Shown here piece after piece: positions 11,953 through 25,638 of a stretch of 64,000 nucleotides of DNA (position 1 is the stretch's first letter; each line of letters begins with the position of its first letter). Source of the DNA: Tubiluchus corallicola. Its lineage: Eukaryota; Animalia; Priapulida. The stretch spans positions 372,001 to 436,000 of the forward strand of contig JAQGDQ010000056.1 in the NCBI GenBank assembly GCA_030141605.1, given 5' to 3'. Position numbers and translations under genes: made by a program. Under the pieces are notes generated by a model. That model saw only the letters and a program-made list of their open reading frames with translations, was not told the DNA's origin and searched no databases.

Positions 11953-14281
11953 CCACAGTCTGTCACCCTAAAGGTTGTGGAATTAGAAAGTTTCTGGACA
12001 TATTGTAGGGTTAATGACTCTAGCTTTGCATTTTATTTTTTTGTAAAAGGTTTTATGTTTGGTCATTGTTCTTTATTGCTGAATCATTCAATTTCAACAT
12101 GGTTTTAAGCATTTAGTTCTCAGTATGATGTCTGCGCATTATTGTGGTGTTGCACTTGCTATTAATTTATGGTCTGTTTCAGTTTAGACAGATTTATAAC
12201 CTTTTAAATGTGATTTAGAGGCTTGTAGTTCTGCATGCAAATTTATAATTAAAAACTGTGTTGCTTTGAAAACTTGTGAGCAACCACAAAGGCATGCAAA
12301 ACAGACCATTAGATGAACTAGACTAGACTGTGTGAACATCAATCAGTTGAAGTTGATGAAGACGCATTGATGGAGCTCCCTGCAGGAGTTGCAGCGGGGT
12401 TACAATGGTATTAGTTTGTAACTAGGCAAATAAAAAATAAAAAGCCAATGATTAGTTGATATGATTGTACACCATGCAGCAATAAACTCATGCAATTGGT
12501 GTCTCATGCACACGTTCATAGTTCCCAAATCCTACTACATGTAGCAAGTTTGAAATTCTAGTTACCTTTGACCCTTTGCTGAGCGTCATGTTCACTGCCG
12601 TCCGTCTCATCGTAATTTTTAATTTACTATATTACAACATTAGGATATCTCTCCTAACCTTTTTAAATTTTATCTGTAATCAGATTCAGTCAACGCGTTG
12701 GGCTATTCATTTTTTTAGGCATCTGCCTTTCACATTGACTGACAGTTTTCTTGCAAAATTCTATTGAATGTCCAAGATGTGCTTTATTGACACAGTTTGT
12801 AGGTAGCACACGAATTGGCTTGTGTGAACATAGAAACAAATTCAAACAATAAAATGAAACTGTATTTAGAGTATTTCATTACCAACGATTCAGAAAGCGA
12901 GGCATCATTTATAAACCATGGGCGCATTTAGGACAGTAGTCGAGTTTGAATCATTTATCAAAATAACCAATCGATAATTTTTGTCGATTTTATGAAGTAT
13001 AAATGCAGTATAGCTGGAGAAATTGGGTCTTTTTAAGATGAATTCATCTTTAAGCCATTGCATTCAAGTATGGTAGCAGTTTAGCAATGTTGTGTAAAAA
13101 ACCTGCATTATTTAAATTCGTGGCATCATTATTCTGTCTTCTGCTAGACAAATCATTGTTTTATTTAGCAATTTTTCCTCCAAGACGGCTTTAATGGCAT
13201 TTAATCTTGCAAGCCATTTATAATACAAATTTTGTGTCTCACAAATTTGACAAATTTGGGTGATTTCATAGTCATTTTTATGCACAGCTTAGCATTTACG
13301 ACTTTAGAATTGTAAAAAATCTGCAAATTGATTTGCCAAAGCTGCCAATTACCTTAAATTTATCTTAATTTACTTGCAGAATGAAATTGGGTAATAGTAG
13401 CCATTATGCACGTACTGTGTTGTTCTCTGTATGATTTTTGCTGGTTTTCAGAAATGCTGCTTTAAATTGCACTAATTGCCGTCGCTAGAAAATAACTATT
13501 ATGTTAGTTTATTTAAATAGAAACCTAATTTAACTAATTACGAAATAAAATTCTGACGAATAAAAATCTGCTATTTGGATGGGACCAGGTCAGATTACAT
13601 TTGGATAATTATTTACCTTATTTTGTCTTATATTTTGTAAAGTGTTTGAAATCTGTCTGCTGAAATAACTCGCAAATTTGTCAGTTTGAAAATTTCATGT
13701 TACAGGTAGGCAGCCAAAATGTTGGCTGAAACTTGTTTGCATGTAAACTTGATGCTTTTTGCAATGTTCAGCGTTTTTTCTAAAGTTCTTTGAGCTTTGC
13801 TTTGACCAAAAAAGTCCTTTTTTGTTCCCATGTATGCTTGGGCCTAGAGATTAAAAGTGTGTCTTTAGTAAATAGACTTTGATAGCGTCACAAAAACCGA
13901 TTTAACTCTGTTTTTGTGACAAAAGAAGAACAGATAAATTGAGTTTGATTTAATTTATCTGAGAGCTGAAAGCTTGTAAGCCTTGTAAGAAACTTTTACT
14001 GTGAGTGGACTTAAAGGACTAGCTGCACTGTTGGAAATGGAAAATTCCCTAGGTATAGCTGCTGCTATGAAAACGTTATTTAATAAAGTCTTGGATACTT
14101 TTTCTACTGCATGAACATTGGTAATTCGATATACTAGATTATAAATCTTTATCGATCATTAACCAGTATTTTTTCAGTTTCTTGGCAGAGAACTCTTTGC
14201 AAATACTTAAATCTTACATGACATGTTGATGCTAGTAAGGCAACCGTGAAATAGGGTTGATAGGGTTAGTTTTGCCTTCCG

Positions 14282-14305
14282 TGACCTGCCACTGACCTTT
14301 GAACT
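14282..14305 (-). promoter_or_regulatory. Composite nuclear-receptor response element (DR1 + DR5)
   Basis: Minus strand AGTTCA-a-AGGTCA-gtggc-AGGTCA: three perfect RGKTCA half-sites. Confidence 0.6.
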
Positions 14306-16272
14306 CATCACGAGTTTTCATAATGACAACTTTGAAATGTACAACATTTTATTATGTGACTTTGCATTATGTTTAGAATTATTATTAGTAAAAGTAGTAA
14401 AGAATTCATAAACTTTTCAATATCCTTGTTTGTGTGGAGAAGCCAGAAGTTACTTCAAAAAATAAGAGAAAAGCCAACTAAAGTGTTTAGACAGGGCAAT
14501 GTCACAGTTAACTACGTTTAGTCATTCATTAAGTGGACGTATATTTTGGATGGTGACATTTCAAAAGTCGCATCTTCATCTCTGATTTCTCATGTTCTCA
14601 TCCTTTAAATTGATAAGAATGCAGCTGCCTTTTATCTATTGCAAACTACAACAAATAGATAAATTTACCCCTAATCAACTATTCCCGCGTTTATTGCTAT
14701 TATAGATGCTAGCAATGCACTTGCCTGTTGTGTAGTTTAGGGCAAATAAGGAAATTTAATGCAAACATTTTCTTTCAGTTTAATATTACTGTATCAGTTG
14801 CGTCACAAAGGTTCATCAGCATCTCTATGTAAGCGGACAATGTTCATTTATTTTCTGTTACTGCGTGCATGCAAAACTGGGTCTCGTTTTTCTCTTTTTG
14901 CAAATGTTTTCTCGGTCCTATTGATTTTGCTTTACAAATTGTGTATTTTGTCCTATTTGATGAGGGACGATAAAAGATTATTGACTTCAAACATTTTGTA
15001 TTCTGTTGCTGTTGCGTATTAAAGACAGTTTGCATATTAGCCCTAATTGTGCTCTTTTTGGTTTTTTTCTAAAAATTTATCGACTAAATCAAAATGGTAA
15101 TTTATCTGTTTAATTTTTCCACCTTTCACTATTAATTTATATTAAAAAAACATAGATTTAATGTATTTTTATGCTTTGTTCTTAAGATGTGATTTTATCA
15201 TATGTAAGTATAGCATCTGACTTTTATGTAACATCTAAATCATTGTGCTTATTTTGTTGATTCATACTGTTCATGCTATCAGCAGTCAGCACATTTTTAA
15301 ATTCACATTGTTAGCCTAGCATTTTATTACATTACAAGTTTAGTAAAACGTGTGTTTAAATTTGTATTACAATTTTATGACTTTTTATGTACTGTTGATT
15401 GTCTCTGAAACCTCTGCAATTTGAAAGCTATCACCTGAAGCTATAAAGTTTCCTTTAACAGCTGTAATGTTTATAAAAATAACATCAACCATGGTGATCA
15501 CATTCCTGTTTCTGTACAATAATAAAATGATAGACATGTACTTTAAATAGAGTTTACTGTCTCAAACATGTGTTTATACTGTAATTATAACTTATAAGTT
15601 AAATAAACATTTACTTTAAAGCGGTTTTGTTAAGTCGCAATAAATAAAATGATAACCTGTAAGAAGATTTAAGTAAAATACGACTACTAGTTGATGATGA
15701 TTGAAAGTACTCATTGAAAAAGCTGCTTAATTTTGAAAAGTTTTTGCACCCTTCCATCGCCTTGGCTAGTTTCAACAAATTGTCTCTAGGAGAAGGGAAT
15801 GCAAAAGATTGAAGAAAGATTCATCTACTCACTGACTGATAGTGATCGCACTTTTTATGCAAAGGCCTGTTCGTGCTAGAGTACTGTAAAGTTAACGAAG
15901 CTTGGTTCCCCAACCCCCGAACAGTTCTTGAGCTATTAACGCAAAAAACTTTGCGTACATAAAAGAAAAAATTAATTCGTCCAGAATTAGTGTATTTTAA
16001 TGTATACTACGTGTGTTAAAACGCCAGTTATAGCACAGACGTCTTTCAAGTGAATGTTATAGTCCTTGCAGATAGACATTAAATTCAGTATTTCATTTCA
16101 TTTCTTCTACAATCACCTTTGTTTATCAGTCAGTCTCGTAATTCGCACATCTTTTAGGTGTGTGAATTTGTGGCAGAGTTAATGCGATGAGACGTGGTGT
16201 TTCTCATTAGCGTTTTTCCCTGTAATCTGCTAATCAGGTAAAGTGTTTAATCATGTTATTGTGTGTTTGCAG

Positions 16273-16389
16273 GTAATATAGAATACACTTGTCCGTCACG
16301 TAGTGACTGCGAAATTAACAAAAGACGACGGAAGGCGTGCCAAGCATGCCGATTCCAGAAGTGCATTCGTGTGGGGATGCTTCGAGAAG
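16273..16389 (+). CDS. ERR: ERR exon: second zinc finger
   Basis: tttgcag|GT...GAAG|gtttgt; [38 protein letters not shown]. Confidence 0.96.
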
Positions 16390-18417
16390 GTTTGTTTGTT
16401 GACTTCAAACGGTTTTTTATGTAGCAGAGCTTTTTAGTCGAAAGGACATGTTGTAGAAAATTAAAAAATATAAACATTAGTAGCTGTAATTAATAAAAGC
16501 AGAAAAAACTCTGCAGTTGTCTTCATTTGAAGATTTGAGAAAAATGCCTCTGGGGTGTGGATGAACATCAAAGGAGTTCTTTCTGAACCAATTAAATTGA
16601 TTAATCCATTTGTTGATTGTTTAGTGTTTTGGCTTTTCACACAAAGTGGACATTTTGTTAGTGAGTTTCTTGTCACAAGAACTGAAAAAGTGACTGCTAG
16701 CTAGCTCATAAAGCCATAGCATCCAATTCCACCGTTTCTTTTGAAATTATGTCAATTTTCAAAATATAGATGAGAAAGGTTAACACATTTACTTATTGAA
16801 ATCAAGACTGGGTCAAATTGTTTATGTAATATTAAATTATCATTGAATAGTGTTGTCATCGGATCGTGATTTATGAAATTCCCGCACAAGAATGTGATTG
16901 GTTACATGTAATATGCACATTATCATCGTTTTTACTTTATTACGATGGATTTTGTTACGACTCATTGATTGGCTTGGTGTTGCATATTGCACCAAACAGA
17001 TCGCATTAAATTTTTTTGTGTGTCTATATTGCTATTTAAGTACTACTTCCCAAGGCAGTATGGTTTTTCTTTAGCATACATAGTTTTTTCGATTTATGTT
17101 TGATTAAAAGTTACAACATTTAATATCTCTTTTTGATTCTAAACTACTGGAGCCTGGAGTACCCGACTAACTGAAATTTATTTTCTTTCTCTTCTCGTCG
17201 ACGATTAATCAAAGTGAAGTTCACTGTTATGTTTGGTCATTTATCTATATTGTTGTTTTTGGCTGAGCAAATGGAAACAAATGAACGACGTTTAATGTTG
17301 CTATCACGTGTATCATTCATTCCTATCATATTCTGTGTCCAGGATTATGGATGGCTTAAAGCGAAACCATGCGTATTAGTTACTACTAGTCTCCCTGACG
17401 GCAGTGCGTATGTCATTTTACAATAGCGGCGATGTCAACTTTCAATCTAATAACGCCTCGCCGTGAATGTTTGAGTGCTCGCTATTACCACCAAATTTCT
17501 GTTAATTAGAAAATTCATCGCGCGTTGTTGTTAAAGCTGACACGAAAAAGCAGCTCTGTGCATTATAATAAACGAACTGTCAGTCCCAAATGGGTTTTAT
17601 CACTGATCCACAGGGCTTAACGCAAAGCAGCAACACTTGAGCGATTCATCCCACTTTTAAAGTCACGCCTTGGCACTCAAGCGCTTGCCATTACACAATT
17701 AATTCCCTTGTAAGCTTCGCTAATTATTCAATGTGTTGTGGAATCTGTTTTGACTGGTATATTTCATTTCTGATGGTCTTCAAAATGGTTTTGTTGCATT
17801 TTGCAAGAAATTCAGTCTGCTCGAATAGGTTGGTGTGCTTCTCCGCGCCTACCGTGAAAATAATTTTTTTCTACTGTTGATCCTATTGTTTTTGTTCAAC
17901 TTCTTACCTTGTACATTTTATTATTCTAATTTCGTCTTTCAAGATAAGGAACTACCTGTTGTAACTTGTATTTGCAAGAGCATGTCGAAATATTAACAAT
18001 CCGGAATTGTCGGCACATGCTATCTGAGCCTAACATTACGAGAAGTGGGAAGTGTAAATCAGTAAACAGTGACACAATCCCAACAAAAACTCTTTACAAG
18101 TGATTCATTGGAGTTTGACAATATAGTGTTATTTTACTTAACAACTGTCCTTGTTAATGATTCACCGTAAATCGTGAATGGAACGTGAGTTTACTTGAAG
18201 AAAAGTCAAAACAAAAGATTACGTCCGTAATTTGAGAGTAATTTGCTTTTGACGTCTTTGTACGTTGTTTCGTAATGGTATTCTCTTCTATAAAACAATA
18301 GCAAAAATAATAACAAAACGCAGTAATGTCTATTTATTTAAATTATCCAGTTAAGCGTACGTTTTTACCATTCATTTAGCAACGTAGGTGTTCTTGTTTT
18401 AGTACAAAACTTTAATA

Positions 18418-19954
18418 CCAAATTCCGTCTGTTAACCATAAAATATTTGTTTTATAAGAAACAAAGTTTGCACAGAAATTGCTTTTAAAACTAACTTTAT
18501 TTTTAAAATATTATTTTTTAAAGTAAAAAAACGTTTTCATAACTGGCTGTTCTAAATAACAGTCTTTGTTACGAATCAAAATTACAACAAATTGTGTTTT
18601 TGTAAGTTGATGGTCAGTATTCAATAATTAAAATTAACTGAATTGAATTGAATCAAATTGTTTCTGCTATATATAGTTACAAACTGTACCAGTAGACGGC
18701 TACTCGCCCACTTCCAAATTCCAGTTCCAAATTTCGTCTGCTAACCATAAAATCTTTGTTTTATAAGAAACAAAGTTTGCACAGAAATTGCTTTTAAAAC
18801 TAACTTTATTTTTAAAATATTGTTTTTTTAAAGTAAAAAAACGTTTTCATAACTGGCTGTTCTAAATAACAGTCTTTGTTACGAATCAAAATTACAACAA
18901 ATTGTGTTTTTGTAAGTTGATGGTCAGTATTCAGTAATTAAAATTAACTGAATTGAATTGAATCAAATTGTTTCTGCTATATATAGTTACAAACTGTACC
19001 AGTAGACGGCTACTCGCCCACTTCCAAATTCCAGTTCCAAATTTCGTCTGCTAACCATAAAATCTTTGTTTTATAAGAAACAAAGTTTGCACAGAAATTG
19101 CTTTTAAAACTAACTTTATTTTTAAAATATTGTTTTTTTAAAGTAAAAAAACGTTTTCATAACTGGCTGTTCTAAATAACAGTCTTTGTTACGAATCAAA
19201 ATTACAACAAATTGTGTTTTTGTAAGTTGATGGTCAGTATTCAGTAATTAAAATTAACTGAATTGAATTGAATCAAATTGTTTCTGCTATATATAGTTAC
19301 AAACTGTACCAGTAGACGGCTACTCGCCCACTTCCAAATTCCAGTTCCAAATTTCGTCTGCTAACCATAAAATCTTTGTTTTATAAGAAACAAAGTTTGC
19401 ACAGAAATTGCTTTTAAAACTAACTTTATTTTTAAAATATTGTTTTTTTAAAGTAAAAAAACGTTTTCATAACTGGCTGTTCTAAATAACAGTCTTTGTT
19501 ACGAATCAAAATTACAACAAATTGTGTTTTTGTAAGTTGATGGTCAGTATTCAGTAATTAAAATTAACTGAATTGAATTGAATCAAATTGTTTCTGCTAT
19601 ATATAGTTACAAACTGTACCAGTAGACGGCTACTCGCCCACTTCCAAATTCCAGTTCCAAATTTCGTCTGCTAACCATAAAATCTTTGTTTTATAAGAAA
19701 CAAAGTTTGCACAGAAATTGCTTTTAAAACTAACTTTATTTTTAAAATATTGTTTTTTTAAAGTAAAAAAAACGTTTTCATAACTGGCTGTTCTAAATAA
19801 CAGTCTTTGTTACGAATCAAAATTACAACAAATTGTGTTTTTGTAAGTTGATGGTCAGTATTCAGTAATTAAAATTAACTGAATTGAATTGAATCAAATT
19901 GTTTCTGCTATATATAGTTACAAACTGTACCAGTAGACGGCTACTCGCCCACTT
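18418..19954. repeat. Tandem array, ~5 copies of a 310-bp unit, in an ERR intron
   Basis: Units start at 18418, 18727, 19037, 19347 and 19657; copies 2-5 are identical apart from a homopolymer length. Confidence 0.97.
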
Positions 19955-20962
19955 AAAATAAAGGTTTAAACAATAATCGCAAATTATTTGTAACAGGAAA
20001 AAAGCTGCCTCTTTAAACTTGACTAAGATGTATGCAAGATCATGGTAAAACAATTTGTTAATCCTGTTCTAACATTTAAGCCTATTATTGTTCTGTTTAG
20101 AGATCTAAAATGTGGCATTTTGAGGTCATCACAATGCAGCATAAAAAGCGTTTTACATTTATCTGAAACATCTGCGTTTCATCCCGAATATAACAATTGA
20201 TTTATTGATTCGCATTCTTTGTATTTGTTGCTGAATACAACATTGTCCACCTATGTTTTCCTTTCTTGATCACTGTTATAACTTACTGTTATGTTTTCAT
20301 GCATGGTGGCTCAATTTAGTATATCTTATGAGATGCATGCGTTGACATAATAGACCAGAAGCTTTAATCCATAAAGGTATTTTCTTTGTAAATAACTTTC
20401 CTAATGATGTCAACATGAGCTGCTCTAGCCATTACATTTCTCAAATGCCTGCAAAAATAAATGAAAATCTGACTCGATTTTACTGAATTACGTTGCAGTA
20501 TTATAAGTTGTTGAAGCTTTGTCACCTGCAATGCGATATCGCAAATTTGTCATAAAACCTCTGTCGGTTCTATGTCTTGCCGTAGATGGTTATCCATCAG
20601 CTTGAAATAGATTCTGGTCGTGCCTCAAGACATGGTCCTGACATAATATACATTAAATAGGCTGCGCTACTGAATGTTTGATTCCTGCTTGACGAATATA
20701 AAGTCAAATAGAAAATAATTAAAATACAACTATACAACTGTAGATAAAGCATGCATGCTATTCTTTTTTTAGTTGGGGACACTGGGACTCAGTACGGATA
20801 TAGTCCTTTAACAGTGTAAATAGTATTTTCCTTTCCTAAAATGTAAATCATAATGTTAAAACTTTTGATAGGTATCAGATAAGGTGTATTTGTATGCATT
20901 AATAAGTCTTGAAATCATTTGCACTGCAGTGTTGAAATTGTTTGAAACGTGTTTCTGTGCAG

Positions 20963-21061
20963 GTGTGAGAATGGACCGAGTACGGGGCGGAAGACGGAAA
21001 TACCAGCCGAGGATGGATGGACTTTCACTCAAAATGGAAGAAAGTCATAGAAACCAAATGG
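20963..21061 (+). CDS. ERR: ERR exon: C-terminal extension of DBD and hinge
   Basis: tgtgcag|GT...ATGG|gtatga; VRMDRVRGGRRKY matches the ERR CTE VRLDRVRGGRQKY. Confidence 0.93.
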
Positions 21062-22076
21062 GTATGATCATTTTGTCATATATAATTTGCTTGCAATGTT
21101 CATCAGTGCTTTGTATATAGTAAACCTAAATAGTTGAAATACTAGTCAGCCATAAATTTGCACAAGGTAAGTGAGACAGAGGAACTAGTAAAAACCAGTA
21201 AATGTATTCTTATGGTCTTACAGAATCTCCTGAGCAGTTTTTGTCTGTTCCGTTTCCTTCACTCTGACATTTCCTCACATGTATATTTGAGCTTAATGTT
21301 GTGTTGAAGCAAATAAGTTTTGAAGCCGCTCTGATTCAAATTGCTGTATTCAAATGTATTGTAAAAATAATGAAATATCGATGTAGTAACAGCAGTTTAT
21401 AAGACTCAGCGAACTTGGCGTGCTCTAATGATATGATAAGCCGCTGTTATGTATGCAGATAGACGTTGATTTGTCTGCCTCTGCTGACAACAAATTCCAG
21501 AGTGCTGGCAATTTATTATGCAAATCTAAAAACAAAACAGATTTAATTTATTCTGCAAATCTCATGATAAATTGTAATGCATGTAATTTTGATTTCTTTT
21601 TTTCACAATTTAAGGTTTTGCTACAGATATAGAAATAATTTCTTGCATTATGATTTTGCTGCATTGTCAATATCACAGCAGAAAGCATATTATTTTGTCT
21701 GACATCAGAATTTTCAAGCAAAATTATAAACAGTATCGTAATCATGCAAAATGCACATAAACAGTTTCTTGCTGCTAACCTATTATCATAAAAATTATGT
21801 ATTTTTATAAAGACAAAGCATACGTATTTTATTGTTTCACGATTTGCACGTTTTGCTGTACAATGGTTGTTTTAAGGCTCGTGATATTGCATAAATAGAT
21901 GAAGTAATATCTGCATCTTTTGGTGAAGTTTAAATTGTTTCGGTGTGTGCAATTCAGCTCCATCATTGTCATCATCGCCATCATCAGCACTGTGATTGTT
22001 ATGTCTTCATTATTTTCATCGTCAACATTGTCAAAACATAGCAATACTTGTGTTTTGAACCATTTGTTTGTTATAG

Positions 22077-22241
22077 GTGAATGGTTTTTTCAACGTTTAT
22101 TATCCCTGGAGGACGAAGAACCCTTAACTGCAAACATAGATAAGAAATTTCCAGAGGGCGTCCCTCGCACACTGGTTGCGATGAGCGATCTTGCAGACAA
22201 AATGTTGGTGAAAATCATAGAGTGGGCCAAGGGTGTGCCCG
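22077..22241 (+). CDS. ERR: ERR exon: LBD helices 1-3
   Basis: ttatag|GT...CCCG|gtgagt; ...SDLADKMLVKIIEWAKGVPG is the nuclear-receptor LBD signature. Confidence 0.93.
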
Positions 22242-23033
22242 GTGAGTACATGTTAGCCTTTTGTTTGTCTCAGATTTTCTTTTATCTTTGAACAGTTATT
22301 GTTAAATTAATCCTTGCAGAATCGTGTTAAAGCTAGGACTCCAAAGATCTCCCAGCAATTCTAGCTTACGGTGTTAAACAGCAGCTTTGATGTTCAGTCA
22401 CTTGATCGATTCTAATGTGTTTGTCGCTAGACTTTTGTGGCTTCATCATCTTTGAGTGGTGAAAAATTGAATGTGAAACAAGTGACAAGAATTTGAAACA
22501 GTTTTCTTGCGGTGAAGCTTGTTCAAGATTGCCTTTTTTGCAGTCTGGTTAGTTTTAGTCAACAAATCGCATTATGCATTCTTCAGGTGTACGATTGTTC
22601 TTCTTACAGCTATGAATTAAACATTTTACAATGACTGTTATAAAAACTAAATCCAAGTTGACAAACTGTCCACAATCTTTTTCTGTTCTTTGCACTGCAA
22701 TATTTTAGTTCTGTTCATTTCTATAGACTACGACTGGTAAATTACTAGTCAAACATTTGCTATCCATATCCTATTTTAGGCAAATGTTTATAATAAATTT
22801 ATAGAAACTCTAGAAAGACATGGGAGAAACTGTGTGGTGTATAAGCAGTTCGTAATAACTGCAAGTAGCAATTTATGTAAAAAAAAAACAAATTCAAAAT
22901 AAGAGAAAAGGATGGAAGAGTGAGAATGCAACTTGCGGTCTTATTTACTGGCTTAAATATTTCTTGTTGTCAACAAAAATTGTCAACAAAACAGTAACTG
23001 ACTCAGTTTCATTTGCTTGTTTTTTATGTACAG

Positions 23034-23176
23034 GCTTTAGGGACTTCAGTATGGATGATCAAATGGAACTCCTGCAAGCAGGCTGGGGAGAACAGATTGT
23101 TTTGCGGATCATGTATACGTCCATGCCATATCAGGGCTACATACGATTAGCCACAAACTTGACAATGAATATAGAG
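23034..23176 (+). CDS. ERR: ERR exon: LBD helices 4-6
   Basis: tacag|GC...GAG|gttagg; FRDFSMDDQMELLQAGWGEQIVLRIMYTSMPY. Confidence 0.92.
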
Positions 23177-24286
23177 GTTAGGTGTTTCTAAAAGTTACAT
23201 TGCTAAATTAAGCTCATATAACATGGTAGCACATCTAGAAGTTATGTTGCTAACTTATTTGCATACACTAAAAAGGAGGTTAATTCAAAATAAGTCTACA
23301 ATATTGGGCCTTTGTACTTATTTTCAGAGGGTTGTAGAGTTGGAGTCCTTATCTCCGATTTAAGCTTAAAACTTTGTGTTTTAAGACAGTGTAAGTTATA
23401 TAACATTTTTACTTTAAAGTGGAATCTGGATTATTAATACTGAAGGTAATAGTAGCACTTATTTTTAACTTATGAATGAAGAAATAGGAATCACTATGCT
23501 CAAATTAGGTTGTTCTCTCATTCTATCATTTTATTTTATTTTATTTAAATAAGTGGAAGCTACTTAGTTCTTTGAGTAATCGACTCCTCAACTCTGATTT
23601 ATAATGTTTAGTTGTTTGTGAGAGATATATTAAAAGTATACATATAATAGTATGCAAAAACATTTTTATTACAGAAATGTGCAATGACAGAAAATCTTGT
23701 GTACTGAATATAATCATGTCATCGATGTGCTCAATATAGTATTGATAAATTAGGGCATATAATAATTAACCCGACCAAGATTCTTCTATTTTAGCTTTTT
23801 TACTGACTTTACTTGGCTGAGAACTAATCTTTTTAAATACTTGTATTTAAGACAGGTAATGTTTTGGGGCTGTCTTGTCTGCTATTGAAAGTCTAAAATA
23901 TAGTAACTTGTAGGTGACCTCTAGTGGTAAGCTTTCATGTTGTAATATTCAAAGTAACGCTAAAGCGCTGTAAAGGTTAAAATGCACTGCACCAGCTTTG
24001 TTGAGCTACAGAAAGATTACATTCTATCACATGTACTATTAATTTGTTTAATGTAAAATGACAGCTTTGGACCAGAAGCGGAATAGTCTTGGTTGCCATG
24101 GTTGCACAGAGTGCATTGTGCCTAGGAATAAAGGTCATTACAAACCTGCAGACGAATGTATAAATATTTATAAGCCATTTGATAATAGAATTTAGTTGTA
24201 AGATTTAGGTATGTTAACTGAAGATACCTGTCGGTTTAATATTATTAATGTCATATGGTAATTATACACGTGTCTCTTTTCAACAG

Positions 24287-24413
24287 GTATTTCGTGCCAT
24301 CAATTCGGAGGAAATGTACCCAGTCATGCTCAAGTTTAATGATAAGTTTGGAAATCGTCCATTGACGCGGGAAGAGTACATAGCTTTGAAGGCAGTAGTT
24401 CTTTTTAACTGTG
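24287..24413 (+). CDS. ERR: ERR exon: LBD helices 7-8
   Basis: caacag|GTA...TGTG|gtatgt; LTREEYIALKAVVLFNC. Confidence 0.92.
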
Positions 24414-25638
24414 GTATGTCATCGTGCGACACATGTGCCTGTCTAGACTTAAGAACTTTAAGACAACCATTGTTCAATTTGTGCAATCTTGCGTCTTTTT
24501 TAAGCATGCAGTTCGGTAGCTAAATATGTAAAATGATCCCGGAAATGCAAGCCCTAGCTCAATACTTTATTGCAACTTCGTAACATTAGCCCCACAGTAT
24601 TATTACCATTTAATAAAACTTCACTTTTCTGAGGAAACATCTTGTTATGTCGTTTTGATGATATGTCGTGCAAGAGTTTCACAAACTTTCACAATTTTTA
24701 TTCAGTTCCGGGAGGATCTCTCCTAATTAGTTTTGGTAAGTTTAAAATGCTGAAGTTATTCATAATTAGTCTTTCTAATTACTATACAGGATCTAGAAAG
24801 GCATGCCCACTGATTGTTTGGGCAATTTTTCTCATTTTTGTCCATAAGAAGAAATAGTTAGCCGTATTGAGTGATGGTTTATCGTAAAATTTTCGAAAGC
24901 CAAAAACTCCGGTTATTCATAGCTAGTGTTTCTAATAAACTATACAGAGTCTAGAATTGTATGAATTGTATACATCCATTGTCTCATTGATTATCATTAT
25001 TTTTTGTCTGTGAAACAAAAGTTTTTCATAGCTAGGGTTTAAATAGCTACAGGATCGAATAATGCATGCCTATCATTTGTTTGGGCGATTTTTGTCCATA
25101 AGAAGAAATAAATGAGTAAAAGTTCATTAAGAGGTAATTAGGATTGTGGACACCAGATGTATGGATGTGGACCCCCATTCTAAAAGCCCAGAACTGATGC
25201 CATATTTTTTGGTACTGCAACCTATTTTAATTATCTGTCTGATTAAATGATTGTTAACACAAGTCATGAAATGAGCATAAAATTGACTCCGTGTGATTAC
25301 CAAATAAAAAGAAAATATGACATGCCATCAAAGTATTAAACAGCAATAGTTGAAAAAAATTAAGCTGAATTTTTTTCTAATGTAATTCACATTTGTGCCA
25401 AGTAGTAATTCTGTAAGGCCTGGTGTGGTTGATATGACAACTAACATTAAGTGACAACTACTATTAACAACAATCATTAACAAGTTGTTGCAAATTTCCA
25501 AGGATTTATTCATCCAACAGTTCAGTCTGATTATTTCATATCAGCGTACCTTAACTTAAATTTCCCACTTAACGAGAAGTGGCATCTGTTACCTTTGTTT
25601 ATGAAAGAACAACTGAAATGTCTAATTTTAGTCATTAT

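Noticed and set aside
18418-19954. CRISPR-like or coding interpretation of the periodic array
   Set aside because: Whole 310-bp units are identical with no unique spacers, no ORF, and the context is a eukaryotic intron.
23325-23596. Possible hAT-type MITE (GGAGTC...GACTCC ends)
   Set aside because: Termini too degenerate and no TSD.
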